Shown: positions 14,609-28,275, counted from the stretch's first letter. The stretch: DNA of 64,000 bases from Octopus vulgaris (GCA_951406725.2 OX597833.1:49662001-49726000); one strand, 5' to 3'. Notes: generated by a model not told the origin, from the sequence alone. Program-made: numbers and translations.

Positions 14609-15022
14609 GGCGGCGAACTGGCAGAAACGTTAGCACGCCGGGCGAAATGCGTAGCCGTATTTCGTCTGCCGTTACGTTCTGGGTTCAAATTCCGCCGAGG
14701 TCGACTTTGCCTTTCATCCTTTCGGGGTTGATTAAAAAAGTACCAGTTACGCACTGGGGTCGATATAATCGACTTTATCCGTTTGTCTGTCCTTGTTTGT
14801 CCCCTCTGTGTTTAGCCCCTTGTGGGTAATAAAGAAATAGGTATTTCATCTGCCGCTACGTTCTGAGTTCAAATTCAGCCGAGGTCGACTTTGCCTTTCA
14901 TCCTTTCGAGGTCGATAAATTAAGTACCAGTTGTGTAGTGGGGTCGATGTAATCGACTTAATCCGTTTGTCTGTCCTTGTTTGTCCTCTCTGTGTTTAGC
15001 ACCTTGTGGGCAAAAGAGAAAT
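14609..15022 (+). mobile_element. SINE group B, dimeric
   Basis: Head plus two tandem body/tail units. Confidence 0.92.
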
Positions 15023-15040
15023 ATATTTATGCATTTTACG

Positions 15041-15290
15041 GTGGAGGCGCATGGCTTAGTGGTTAGGGTGTCAGCATCATGATCGTAAGATTGTGGTTTC
15101 GATTCCTGACCGGCAGAGCGTTGTGTTCTTGAGCAAAACGCTTCATTTCACGTTGCTCCAGTTCACTCAGCTGGCAAAAATGAGTAACGCTGCATGGACT
15201 GGCGCCCCGTCCAGCCGGGGAACACATACGCCATAGAAACCAGGAAACCGAGCCCATGATCCTGGCTAGGCTTTAAAAGGGCGCATTTAT
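15041..15290 (+). mobile_element. SINE group C (tRNA head, CORE-like domain)
   Basis: tggcttagtggttag A-box, ggtttcgattcc B-box, tgtgttcttgagcaaaac CORE-like segment; imperfect ~14-bp TSD tttat(g/a)cattttac. Confidence 0.88.
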
Positions 15291-15494
15291 TATTTTTTAT
15301 TTATACATTTTACACTGCAGTCTTAAAAATTTGGACTACAGTTCATGGGGCTTCTAGAGATCAGCAAAATCCAAGATAAGAACTGCTCATCAATTTCGCT
15401 TTCAATGGGACCAATGAAGAGGGAACAGTAATATTGTTTCTTCAGAATCGCCACAATTTCTTTAGTATCATCATGAAAAGTTTTCATTAATCAG

Positions 15495-15708
15495 TTGTCC
15501 GATAGTTGAAACAGTGGCCCTAATTTCTTTTCAAATGATTAGGGGTTTGTTTCTGATGATCTCAACGGCCCGCTGTTTTTCCTGTTATCCTTTGACTGTT
15601 GACGATAGCTTTCACGATATTCTGAAGATGGTGGTTTTTTATTCGACCGTTCACATTGCTGTCGATAATGGATGCTGTTCTTAGCAGTATTTTAATCGCC
15701 TTGTATCA
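15495..15708 (+). repeat. 214-bp direct duplication, copy 2
   Basis: Identical to 13829-14042. Confidence 0.95.
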
Positions 15709-15748
15709 ATGTTTATATGTAAACATGTATACATGCTTACATTGACGT

Positions 15749-15749
<1 letters not shown>

Positions 15750-15847
<98 letters not shown>

Positions 15848-15848
15848 A

Positions 15849-15940
<92 letters not shown>

Positions 15941-16047
15941 ATATATATATATGTATATATATATATGTAAATATAAATATATATACATGTATGTATACCT
16001 ATATATATATGTATATCTATATATATGTATATCTATATATATGTATA

Positions 16048-16120
<73 letters not shown>
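15750..16120. repeat. (ATCT)n then (AT)n microsatellite
   Basis: Directly visible. Confidence 0.95.
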
Positions 16121-16125
<5 letters not shown>

Positions 16126-16595
16126 GTCTGTATATGTATAAAATAAGTCCTTTGATTTTCATAATGAGCCATTTTCTCTCTTGGAATCCTCCTATTTATA
16201 TATTCATGACTTATGTTCGTGTGTTGTTTGAGCATATATTGGTAACATCGTCCACAAACATCTGTCAAGTTCGCTTTGATATCAAAAGAAGTCTGTGAGT
16301 GAAAAACACATATAAATATCTAATAACCATAAATTGCACCCATAAACTAAGCACAGCAGCACAGCTAAGATGGTATGGATTGTCGACATTTCATCTGTTT
16401 GGCCCTCATCCTCTCCGCTCAGTCGTCCGTGTTTCATTTAATAGAATATAGTTTGTTTGTATACTACACATATTATCGACCTGCGATGGCTAAATGGCAA
16501 AGGCGATACGTTAAGGAGAATTTGAACTCATAATATAAAGAAGGAAAACTAAATACTGTAAAATAAGAACAACAAGATAAAAAATTCAGCCCGAC

Positions 16596-16752
16596 AGGAG
16601 TGGCTGTGTGGTAAGTAGCTTGCTAACCAACCACTTGGTTCCGGTTTCAGTCCCACTGCGTGGCATCTTGGGCAAGTGTCTTCTGTTATAGCCTCGGGCC
16701 GACCAATGCCTTGTGAGCGGATTTGGTAGACGGAAACTGAAAGAAGCCTGTC

Positions 16753-16794
<42 letters not shown>

Positions 16795-17010
16795 GTGTGT
16801 GTGTTTGTCCCCCTAGCATTGCTTGACAACCGATGCTGGTGTGTTTACGTCCCCGTCACTTAGCGGTTCGGCAAAAGAGGCCGATAGAATAAGTACTGGG
16901 CTTACAAAGAATAAGTCCCGGGGTCGATTTGCTCGACTAAAGGCAGTGCTCCAGCATGGCTGCAGTCAAATGACTGAAAGAAATAAAAGAGAAAAAGAGA
17001 GAGAAAGAGA
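16596..17010 (+). mobile_element. SINE group A, near full length
   Basis: aggagtggctgtgtggtaag...ggtttcagtccc...tggcatcttgggcaagtgtc (CORE-like)...cagcatggctgcagtcaaatgactgaaa. Confidence 0.92.
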
Positions 17011-17019
17011 GAATACATA

Positions 17020-17077
<58 letters not shown>

Positions 17078-17794
17078 GAATGGCACCGCGAGTGTCGCGT
17101 TGCTCTCAAGCAACTCTGCCGTCCTGGGTCGACCTTCAGTGACTTCAACACAACGAAAGCATTCTATAGGGGATTAGAGGAGGGGAGGTACGACGACGAG
17201 CTCGGGGCGAACCTGGACGTCGACGAGGAGTACCTGACCCGCCTGTTCAGGACGACTTTCGGGCCAGGGCCCATGGACAACTTCCAAAGATCCCTGGCCT
17301 GGCAGTGTTACCGAGAAGCGCTACCCGTTCGGGATAAGCTCTACAGACATGGCTCGAGAAACACGGGGCCGACCTGCCCGAGATGCGGTCAGAGCGACGA
17401 AACCGTTCTGCACGCACTCGTGCAGTGTCCAACAATTTCCGACCTGTGGGCTTGTGTCGAACAACTGCTGTCACGTGTGGGACGAGTCGGTTTATCAGCT
17501 GAGTCTATCGTCAATATTGTCACGCCTCCTTCCTTCAAACGGGAAGGAAGAGCAATTTTCATCATCCTTGTGGCTATGGCGAAAGAATGTATCTGGTGGA
17601 CGCGTCTGAAAGGATTGGAGACAAACACTTTCCTCTCTGGTCAATCTCTCATCAACTTCTTCAAGTACCACTTGAAAAGGAAAGTGAGAGTAGAGAGGCA
17701 AGTTTTGTCTAGCGAATGTTTTAAAAAAAGATGGGTGAATGTAGCAAGGATGGCACGTATGAATGACGAAGCCACCTTGAGCATAATCCTATGA
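17078..17794 (+). pseudogene. L1/Tx1-clade LINE ORF2 C-terminus (zf-RVT zinc knuckle), 5'-truncated but uninterrupted
   Basis: W-x5-LP...CPRC-x4-ET-x2-H-x4-C-x6-W motif followed by IWWTR; about 238 open codons; the upstream part of the ORF-track ORF is SINE and microsatellite read-through. Confidence 0.9.
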
Positions 17795-18282
17795 ACCCAG
17801 AAATTGAAAACAGAGGGTTACCCACTTGCAAACAAATGTGGTAACATATAACAATATTGACCAAGGTTACCGTGGTCTTTTTCGTAGGCTTTTCTTCCCA
17901 CGGATAAACCTTACTTGCTTTCCCCTTTACACCGTATATCATAACACTGTGATACACGATCCCTATTGATCGTTCTTTTTTTTTTTTTTCCTCTTCGCCT
18001 TTTTTCCCCCTTTTTCTTCTTTTTTCATTTCTCTTTTCTTTTGTTCCTCTTCCCTTTCTTTTTTTTTATTTTTTATTTTATTTTTTTTTAAATTTTTATT
18101 CTTTTTATTTTTTATTCTATTTATTTTTTTCATTTTTTACTTTTTTTTGTTCTTTTCTTCCCTTTTACAAGCCCTCTTGATCGAAAACCTACGCCACCCC
18201 CTTTTTTTCATCCCCTAAAAGAAAAGCTCTACCTTGTAACTTGTCCCATCTGTGTGCAGCCCTGTGTGGCCAATAAAGAAAC
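17078..18282 (+). mobile_element. 5'-truncated L1/Tx1-like non-LTR retrotransposon inserted in (TATC)n
   Basis: ORF2 end, T-rich 3' UTR, terminal aataaagaaac, (ATCT)n on both sides, no poly(A). Confidence 0.88.
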
Positions 18283-18292
18283 TTATCTATCA

Positions 18293-18379
<87 letters not shown>

Positions 18380-18388
18380 CATCTATCC

Positions 18389-18469
<81 letters not shown>

Positions 18470-19729
18470 ACTGTAAAATAAGAACAAGGTAAAAAATTCA
18501 GCCCGACATAATATCGGTTCTGCCAGCATACTGTATGAAAATATGCTAAATTTTGCCAGACAGAAAGATATCTACTAGTCATAAACACACTCAAAGCCTG
18601 GCAGACAGGCGGTTCACTTACTCATATTTCATGAAATCCAAGCGAACTTATCTGATAATAATGAAACAAAAGAACTACCTCAGAAAACAAGGCAACGAAA
18701 GAATGCCGCTGGAGATTTTACTGCACAACCAAAATATTTAACTAACTACTCATCAATCCTCTCCTTCCTTTTATTTTGATTCAGTATCCCTTCACGAGAA
18801 TATTCTGCCTTGTTACTCCATCATAACACCACAATTAATTCTCGCTCCTAACATTCACCTCTTCCATGTCCAGAAATGATGATTTTTATTTTTCTTATTC
18901 CTATTGAAACCGTTTTGGTCTATTACTGCTGTTGATTCAGAGTAGCTGTTATTAATGTTGTTTTAGTGTTGTGATAATTGCTGCTGCTGCCGCTGCTGCT
19001 GTTGTTGTTGTTGTTAAGCAATAAGACGGGTAAGGGTGATTAGGTAATGGTCTAGGGCTTAGGGGCGGGAGACCCCAGACCTTGGAAAGAAAAAAAAAAA
19101 CTTTGGTCGTCTTGTTGTAGTCGAGAGTTCTTCGTTGAGGCCCGACACCACTGGAGGTGGCCCTTGAAGTCGCTGGAAATGGAGATCTCCGGGTTCAAAT
19201 TCTTGAACGGCTGCTGCTGCTGCTCTTGTTATCACTGTTGATGCTGCTATTGCTGCTGTCTTCTTCTTCTTCTTCTTCTTCTTCTTCTTCTTCTTCTTCT
19301 TCTTCTTCTTCTTCTTCTTCTTCTTCTTCTTCTTCTTCTTTATCTTCTTCTTCTTCTTCTTTATCTTCTTCTTCTTCTTCTAATCAGGACTCACATAATT
19401 AACCACAAATAATAATCTCTAATTCGAGCCTACTCTAAGCTACTAAGAATGCGTGTGGCAACTTGAAGATCCACCCACCACACACGATAGATTGGCGGTT
19501 GCACGGGCGCGAAAGCTACGTTATTATCCTCATTCAGTAAACGGTAGCTTTAAACGGGTGGAGAGCTGAACCATCCTGGGGTACATAGGATTCGCAATCT
19601 AGACTAGGGTCTGTAAGTTTACCACACCATAGTGGGTTATACCATGGTTCCTCTGCTTTACGGCAGAAGTAGGAAGAAAAAGTGAGAGAAAGTTGTGGTG
19701 AAAGAGTACAGCGGAGTGTGTATGTATGT

Positions 19730-20170
19730 TGGCAACAAAGGATCTCTGAGTGAAAGGCAGATTATATGAAACTTGTGTACATACAGCAATGTTACATGGT
19801 AATGAGATGTGGGCCCTGAATGCAGAAGACATGGTAGGACCAAAGAGGTAAGAAGCTAGAATGCTCTGATGAGTGTGCAGTATCGGTGAGCGTGTGCAAC
19901 AAGGGGCTGTGCTAAGATAAAAGCTAGGCATAAGAGGAGTCCGATGTAGTGTGGAAAAGAGATTATTCTGGTTTAGTTGTATGATGTGTATGTGTGAGAA
20001 TAGTTGCAAAAAAGTGCTGTTTCACTGAAAGTGGATGCAGTTTGTGGAAGATGGAAATCCCAAAAGACATGGGGCGAAGTATAAAAAAGCTGATTTCAAG
20101 ATACTGAGCCTTACAGAGGAGATGACAAACCATCAATGTGATTGGTGTTTTACTATTCTCAAGAAGATCT
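19730..20170 (+). pseudogene. Degenerate RTE-clade LINE ORF C-terminal region
   Basis: Translates as VKGRLYETCVHTAMLHGNEMWAL...KLGIRGVRC...RLFWF...GRWKSQKTWGEV with stops and frameshifts. Confidence 0.8.
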
Positions 20171-20639
20171 GTTTATTACAGCAAAACATGGCATCCTAAA
20201 AGTACTTGGTAAATGCTTGTACATTCAGACCTCTGCTCCTACCTTCTCTCTATCTCTCTCTCTCTTTCTCTCTCTCTCTCTGATAATTCAAGCATTTTCC
20301 CTCCTTCTAAATTCTCATCCTTTAACACCTGTTATTCCCACATCTATGATACTACTCAGCTGCCTTGATCACCTGAGGGCAGAATCAGCACATATTGCAC
20401 TCCCTCCATTCTCATGACCTCCCTACTCCTATATAACTACTTCCATTCCTCATTATCATCCCTGTCCACAGTATTTCTACCAATCACCTTCTTATAGTAT
20501 CCCCTTATATGTACCTCAAAATCTCCTTCTCCACTACTTCTACACCTTGTACATCATGCTACTGCTCTCTGACCTATTCTCCTTCCTGAGCCACTCATAT
20601 ATCTCTCATCTTCCCGAGTTCTAATCCTACCAGGTTCAG

Positions 20640-20916
20640 CTTCGAATTTGCCTTCCGTGGCCGATGCAATAAATTATGTCTAAGTACTGAAGTCTGTGTA
20701 ATCGACCAAATCTCTCTAGTCAAAATTGCTGGCCCTGCGTCTAAATTAGAAACAGTTAATAAGTGTTACTGTTGTTCTTCGAATTTGCCTTCCGTGGCCG
20801 ATGCAATAAATTATGTCTAGTACTGAAGTCTGTGTAATCGACCAAATCTCTCTAGTCAAAATTGCTGGCCCTGCGTCTAAATTAGAAACAGTTAATAAGT
20901 GTTACTGTTGTTCTTC
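20640..20916 (+). repeat. Tandem duplication of ~138 bp (degenerate SINE B-variant 3' part plus flank)
   Basis: ttcgaatttgccttccgtggcc...tactgttgttcttc occurs twice with a 1-nt indel. Confidence 0.9.
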
Positions 20917-20923
20917 TTGCCGT

Positions 20924-21250
<327 letters not shown>

Positions 21251-22019
21251 TGATGCTGTATTGATTGTCCAGAGAACAGAGCAAGTGAAGCGAAGTTGTA
21301 TTCGTATTTATTTTAACCGACATTTCACCGCCTCTTGCCTTCACGTGGAAAAATCCTCTTTGTTATTTTATCATTAAATTTCACTTTGCATTCTTCTCCT
21401 GGCTGTTTTCATTGGCTCTTCTAACCCCCCGCACCCCACTCCACCATCCCATACCATACCCTTACTTTTTCTATCATCTTTCCATCATCCCTGCTCATCT
21501 ATTTTTCATCTTTTTTTTGCTCCTTTTATATCTCCAATCCTCTCTTTGCTTTCACCCTCTCCACCTCACTTTCTTTCCTCCATCTGCTTCACGATTTTCG
21601 TTTCTCTTTCCCCTTATTTAAACTTATTTTCAGTATCACTCCTCCTTCCTACATCTGCTTTTCCTTTTGTCTCATCTCCTTCCTTATACTTCCTTTCATT
21701 TCTTCCCTCACCTCTTTTTCATGTCTTACCTCATCCTTCACCCTTCACAATCTATCTCAACGTATTTCCGTGTTACATCATAACCATCAAAATTCCTTTC
21801 AGAATTCATTCATTCACTCATTCATTCGTTCATTCTGTAATTCTTTTATTCACTCGACATCCCTTTATAATCTTGTTCGTGCTTTCTTACTTTCGTCTTA
21901 AATTTAGTTTTTCTTTTTTTCCATTTATGTTTTTGGGTGTTTTCTTCATGATTTTATCTTATACATACTTCCCCATTCTTACATTAACAACTGCTTCCAA
22001 CCATTAAGCTACAATTATA

Positions 22020-22230
22020 TATTTCTTTACTTGCCCAGAAGGGGCTAAACATAGAGAGAATAAACAAGGACAGACGAAGGGATTGAGTCAATTATATCGA
22101 TCCCAGTGCGAAACTGGTACTTTATTTATCGACCCCGAAAGGATGAAAGGCAAAGTTGACCTCTGCGGAATTTGAACTCAGAACGTAACGACAGACGAAA
22201 TACCGCTGAGCATTTCGTGTCTGCCAGCTT
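22020..22230 (-). mobile_element. SINE group B
   Basis: Reverse-complement match. Confidence 0.85.
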
Positions 22231-22912
22231 AACCCTATCATACAATCACTATACCACCAATTCCACCACTGTCATTATCGTTCCACCATCGTATAAAGGC
22301 ATGGGTTCGATTTTCGGTTCGCGAGTCACGTTCTGTTCTTTGGCAAATCACTTTGCTTTACGTTGCTTAGTACACACAGTTGACAAAAATGAGTATTAAG
22401 ACTCATACAGAGCTTGGTCAGCGTCAAATAATCCCAGTAACATTAATGAATAAGCGCAATGGTCCAAAATATTTGGACCTGAAGAGGGATGCTTTCGGTA
22501 GTGAGCTGTAGTATCCCGTTTATTTCTATATAACAGGAGTTAATGGTCATTGAATATTAAACCCCATTGATAACGACACCATCATTACCGTCTTGTATTG
22601 TATGAAATGAAAGTGAAAAGCCCTGCAGAAGCTACGATGCAATGAGGTCAAAGGAACTGCTAAAAATAGTAGCTTAGTTAAAATTTCCTCAACTGTGCAT
22701 ACTATCATTATAATAAACAGAGAATACTAGGAAAATTTATTATTGGGAAACAGAAAAAAGAGAACAAAAAGACAGTGAGGTTACTTTTGAAGGGTGCTAC
22801 ATTTTAGAAATTAAGATCTAGAATCATAGATAGGTATCGTATTTCTACTACTGCTAAGAAATGAATACAAACCATTAATGGTGAAATAGGAATACTTTAA
22901 TGTTACACATCA

Positions 22913-22974
<62 letters not shown>

Positions 22975-22984
22975 ATACATACAT

Positions 22985-23027
<43 letters not shown>

Positions 23028-23114
23028 GGGGGGGCGACAAACTAACTGAATCGTTAGTATGCCAGGTAAAACGCGTAGCTGTATTTCGTTCATCTTTACA
23101 CTCTGTAAAGGAAA

Positions 23115-23169
<55 letters not shown>

Positions 23170-23171
<2 letters not shown>

Positions 23172-23557
23172 CGCAGGAGTGGTTGTGTAGTAAGAAGCTT
23201 GCTTCCCAACAACATAGTTCCGGGTTCAGTCCCAATGCGTGGCACCTTGGGCAAGTGTCTTTTACTATAGCCTTAGCCCAACCAATGTCTTGTGGGTGGA
23301 TTTGGTAGACGGAAACTGAAAGAAGCCCGTCGTATATATATATATATATATAGTTGTGTGATTGTCTGTGTTTGTCCCCATCCTAATGCTTCACAACTGA
23401 TGTTGGTGTGTTTACGTCCACGTAACTTAGTGGTTCAGCAAAAGTGACCGGTAGAGTAAGTTAGGCTTACAAAGAATAAGTCCTTGCATCGACTTGTTCG
23501 ACTTAAAGCGGTGCTCCAGCATGGCCGCAGTCAAATAACTGAAACAAGTAAAAGAAT
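23170..23557 (+). mobile_element. SINE group A
   Basis: ggcgcaggagtggttgtgtagtaag head through ctgaaacaagtaaaagaat tail. Confidence 0.9.
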
Positions 23558-23558
23558 A

Positions 23559-23598
<40 letters not shown>

Positions 23599-23693
23599 CT
23601 ATCTGTCTATATTTATATTTGTCAATCTCTTTCTCCCTTCTCTCTCCCCTCTCTCTCTATCTATCTATCCGTATGTATGTATATGTATGTATG

Positions 23694-23730
<37 letters not shown>

Positions 23731-23974
23731 ACAAACATATCAGTAATGTACATGTCCGCGTGTACGCGCCGTGCGTGTACACGTCTGTGTGTGTATGTGT
23801 GTGCGCGCGCATGCTGGGAGTCAGATATTGGCCTCTTCATGATGCTCGTTTTCTCTATAAATCAATGGTGCCGCTACTGAATTTCCTTCATTGATCTCTG
23901 CCAACAAAATCAACATGCTTTTGAATAAAAGACAGAAGTAGCATGCCTCCACACATAAGAACACTCATTCACAT

Positions 23975-25430
23975 GTAGCCATACACATATATAAATATAC
24001 ATACATGAATACATACATACATATATACATACATACATACATACATACAAACATACATACAAACATACATATATACATATATACATACATGCATACATAC
24101 ATACAAACATACATACATACATACATACTTGATACATACATACATACATACATACATACATACATACATACATACATACATACATGATACATACATACAT
24201 GCATGCATAAATACATGCATACATACATGCATACATACATACATACATACATAATACATACATATATGCATACATGCATACATACATACATGAATAAATA
24301 CATAGAAACATACATACATACATACATACATACTTACATACATACATACATGCATACATACATACATACAAACATACATAGAAACATACATACATACATG
24401 CATAATACATACATATATGCATACATACATATATACAAACATACATAGAAACATACATACATACATAATACATACATATATGCATACATACATACATACA
24501 TGATACATACATACATGCATACATAAATGCATGCATACATACATGCATACATACATACATGCATACATACATGCATGCATACAAACATACATACATGATA
24601 CATAATATATACATACATACATACATGCATATATACTTACATACATACATACATGCATACATACATACATACAAACATACATACATGCATACATACATAC
24701 ATGCATACATACATACATACATGCATACATGCATGCATACATATATACATACATACATACATACATACATACATACATACACACATACATGATACATACA
24801 TGCATACATACATGCATACATACATACATGCATACATGCATACAAACATACATACATAATGCATAATATATACATACATGCATATATACTTACATACATA
24901 CATACAAACATACATACATACCTGCATACATACATACATGCATACATACATACATGCATACATACATACATTACATACATACATACAAACATACATACAT
25001 ACATACATACATACATACATACATACATACATACATACATACATACATACATACATACATGATACATACATGCATACATACATGCATACATACATACATG
25101 CATACATACAAACATACATACATAATGCATAATATATACATACATGCATATATACTTACATACATAAATACATACATACATACATACATACATACATACA
25201 AACAAACATACATATATGCATACATGCATACATGCATACATACGTACATATATGCATACATGCATACATACATACATACACACATACAAACATACATACA
25301 CGCATACATGCATGCATGCATGCATACATATATACATACATACATACATACATACATACACACATACATGCATACATGCATGCATACTTACATACTTACA
25401 TACATACATACATACACACACATACACGCG
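23975..25430. repeat. ~1.45-kb complex (CATA)n/(CATG) tetranucleotide array
   Basis: Directly visible; source of the 545-aa MYVC ORF. Confidence 0.95.
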
Positions 25431-26569
25431 TGTATATTTATGAACAGCAAATACCACACATATAGCAAATAGGAAAACATAGTTGATATTCATAATGGTT
25501 TCCCTCTTTCCTCTTGTTAAATTATAATTCCTTTGCCATCTTCTCATTCTACCTCACTATTCTGAATATTTCTTCATTATTTTATTTCTATTTAATTCCT
25601 GATTGCATTATGTCATCACTCTTCATCGCATTCCTTGTTAGAGCTTATAATTGGCAAATGGAATCGGCAGTATGAGAAATGTTGGCAGTGAAAGGTCCTG
25701 GTATTTGGTCAAAGTCCAGAGGAGACAGATAATGGAAGAGGCATATGGCAACTGATATTTATTAGAGTGGAGCAGTTAACGAAAATATGAACCTCTAAAG
25801 AGATATGTAATAGCAATTGAATGCTTGTTGAAAGCGCGGGAAATTGTCTCTCCAATAACAAAGATGGCGGTTAAAGATAAGAGTGGTGGTTTGTTTCCTC
25901 AGGTTGGAAGATAAAAGGGCAAGAAGAGGATGCTGAAGAGGAGGACGCTTATAATTGCTAAAAGGAAATGCAGAGGTATTAAAGACGGAGGTAGGAGAGG
26001 CGAGCTTTCATTTCTATTCTTTTATGTATATATATATCAATACCGCAAATAGTGGTCGGAATGTATAGAGAAGAAAGTTAGCAGAGAAATAGAAAGAGAT
26101 AGAGAGAGGGGCAGAGCCTGGCAGATAAATAGATAGATAGATAGACATGATGAGGAAGAAGGGGAAGGATAGACACTGAGAAGGAGAGTTTCATTGATTG
26201 ATAAACATATAAAGGGCGGTATAGAGAGGAAAGTAAATACCGATTAAAGAAAGTTATTGCAAAGAAGAAGGGCGAATGAATAGCAAATATCGAGAGATGT
26301 AAACGAAGATAGGTAAATTCAAGTTGAAGATAAAAGCTTGAGAAGGTAGAGGAGGAAAATGAAGAAAATAAAGGACGGGGAAAAAGGTGGGTGTGGGGGT
26401 GGGGATGGAATATGTGTTGTTGAACGACGTGGCTGACGGTGGGTGACGGTGGGTGACGGTGGGTGACGGTGGGTGGGAGTTATTGAAGTACTGGAATGAA
26501 GTAGGTGGAAGGATAGGAACAACTTCAAGCGAGTAGAAACAAAAGTGGACAAGAACAATGGCGGTTATG

Positions 26570-26618
26570 ACAATAATGAACAACAACAACAACAATAACA
26601 GTAATAATGATGATGATG

Positions 26619-26688
<70 letters not shown>

Positions 26689-26876
26689 GTAGAAGTAGAA
26701 GAAGAAGAAGAAGGAGAATAAAAAGAAGAATGATAATAATAATAATAATAATGATAATAATAATAATAATAATAATGATAATAGTAATAATGATAATAAT
26801 AATGATGATAATAATAATGATAATGATACTAATAATAAGAATGATAATAATAATAATGATGATAATAGTAATAATG

Positions 26877-26934
<58 letters not shown>

Positions 26935-27335
26935 TAATAATAATGATAAGGATAATAATAATAATAACAAAGATAATAATAATAATAATAATGATGATAA
27001 TAATAATAATAATGATAATAATAATAATAATGATAATAATAATAATAATGATAATAATAATGATAATAATAATGATAACAATAATAATGATAATAATAAT
27101 AATATCAATGATGATGATGATGATGATAATGATGATGATGAAGATGATGATGGAAGATTTCATTTATTTGCCACAAGGGCGAAGGATGAGGGGGATGATA
27201 CAAAAAAAAGACAAAATGTGGGTGTTTACATATAATGAAATCATAGAAAGAAAAGGAAAGAAAGTATACACGGTGTACAGTGAAAAAGAGGGGACATTTA
27301 TGCATAAAAAAAGTGGCGGGGAGGATGATAGAGAA

Positions 27336-27397
<62 letters not shown>

Positions 27398-27460
27398 AAA
27401 GTATTAGTAGTAGTAGTAGTGATGATGATGATAATGATGATAACGATGATGATGATGATA

Positions 27461-27507
<47 letters not shown>

Positions 27508-27597
27508 AATGATGATGATAATGATGATGATGATGATGATGATGATGGATGATGAAGATGATGATGATGATGATAATGATGATGATGATAATGATGG

Positions 27598-27667
<70 letters not shown>

Positions 27668-27670
27668 AGT
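26570..27670. repeat. (AAT/GAT)n, (AGT)n and (GAT)n microsatellite block
   Basis: Directly visible. Confidence 0.95.
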
Positions 27671-28275
27671 GAATGTGGGTTGGTAATAATGAAGACGATT
27701 CTAAGAGATTGGTTTTTATCAGGAGCATCAGAAATACAGAAACATTCAAGCAAGCAAAAACTCATAACATAAATAGCAAAAAGGTTAGACACATACGCAT
27801 GCGCACTCGAACATATACACGCATTCACGTGCGTGCGCACCATATACGTACAAATTTACTTATACGCACACAAAAACACAAGCACGCATATATACACGCA
27901 TGCATATATCGGTTGCATTCGCGGTTAATCCGGCCAGGTTGGAACGCTATTTTGTAGGGATCCTATCTAGCAGAAATTTTGGGAGGGTTCTTAGCTGATA
28001 CCTTATTTTGTCAATCCGGAAGGGATGAAAATCAAAGCTTATCTCGGCGAGACTTGGCTGACTTCGGCGTGATCTCGGGGTGATTGTGTTTATCTCAACG
28101 TGATTTGGTTGACCGCGATGGACTTTGGTTGACCTCAACGAGATTTAGTTAACCACGAAGGGTGAAAGGGGTGCGAACTCAGACGCTTACAGATGCGGCA
28201 CAAAAACAACAAACCATTTTCTCTGACTCTCTACGGATTCTACCAATCCACCGCACTCTCATCAAAAGATTACAT

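Noticed and set aside
16823-17077. N-terminal part of the 323-aa ORF as a SINE-LINE fusion protein
   Set aside because: Starts at TTG inside a SINE and reads through (ATCT)n; accidental frame continuity
18622-18651. 30-nt minus-strand segment with good acceptor and GTAAGT donor
   Set aside because: Stop codons in all three phases; shows that micro-exon-like motifs can arise by chance here
23910-25547. 545-aa ORF and the many other YI/MYVC/poly-amino-acid ORFs in the track
   Set aside because: Translations of (TA)n, (CATA)n, (TATC)n and trinucleotide repeats that lack stops by composition; no domain evidence
26431-26477. (GGGTGACGGT)4 repeat with G-quadruplex potential
   Set aside because: Short isolated tandem repeat with no further functional evidence
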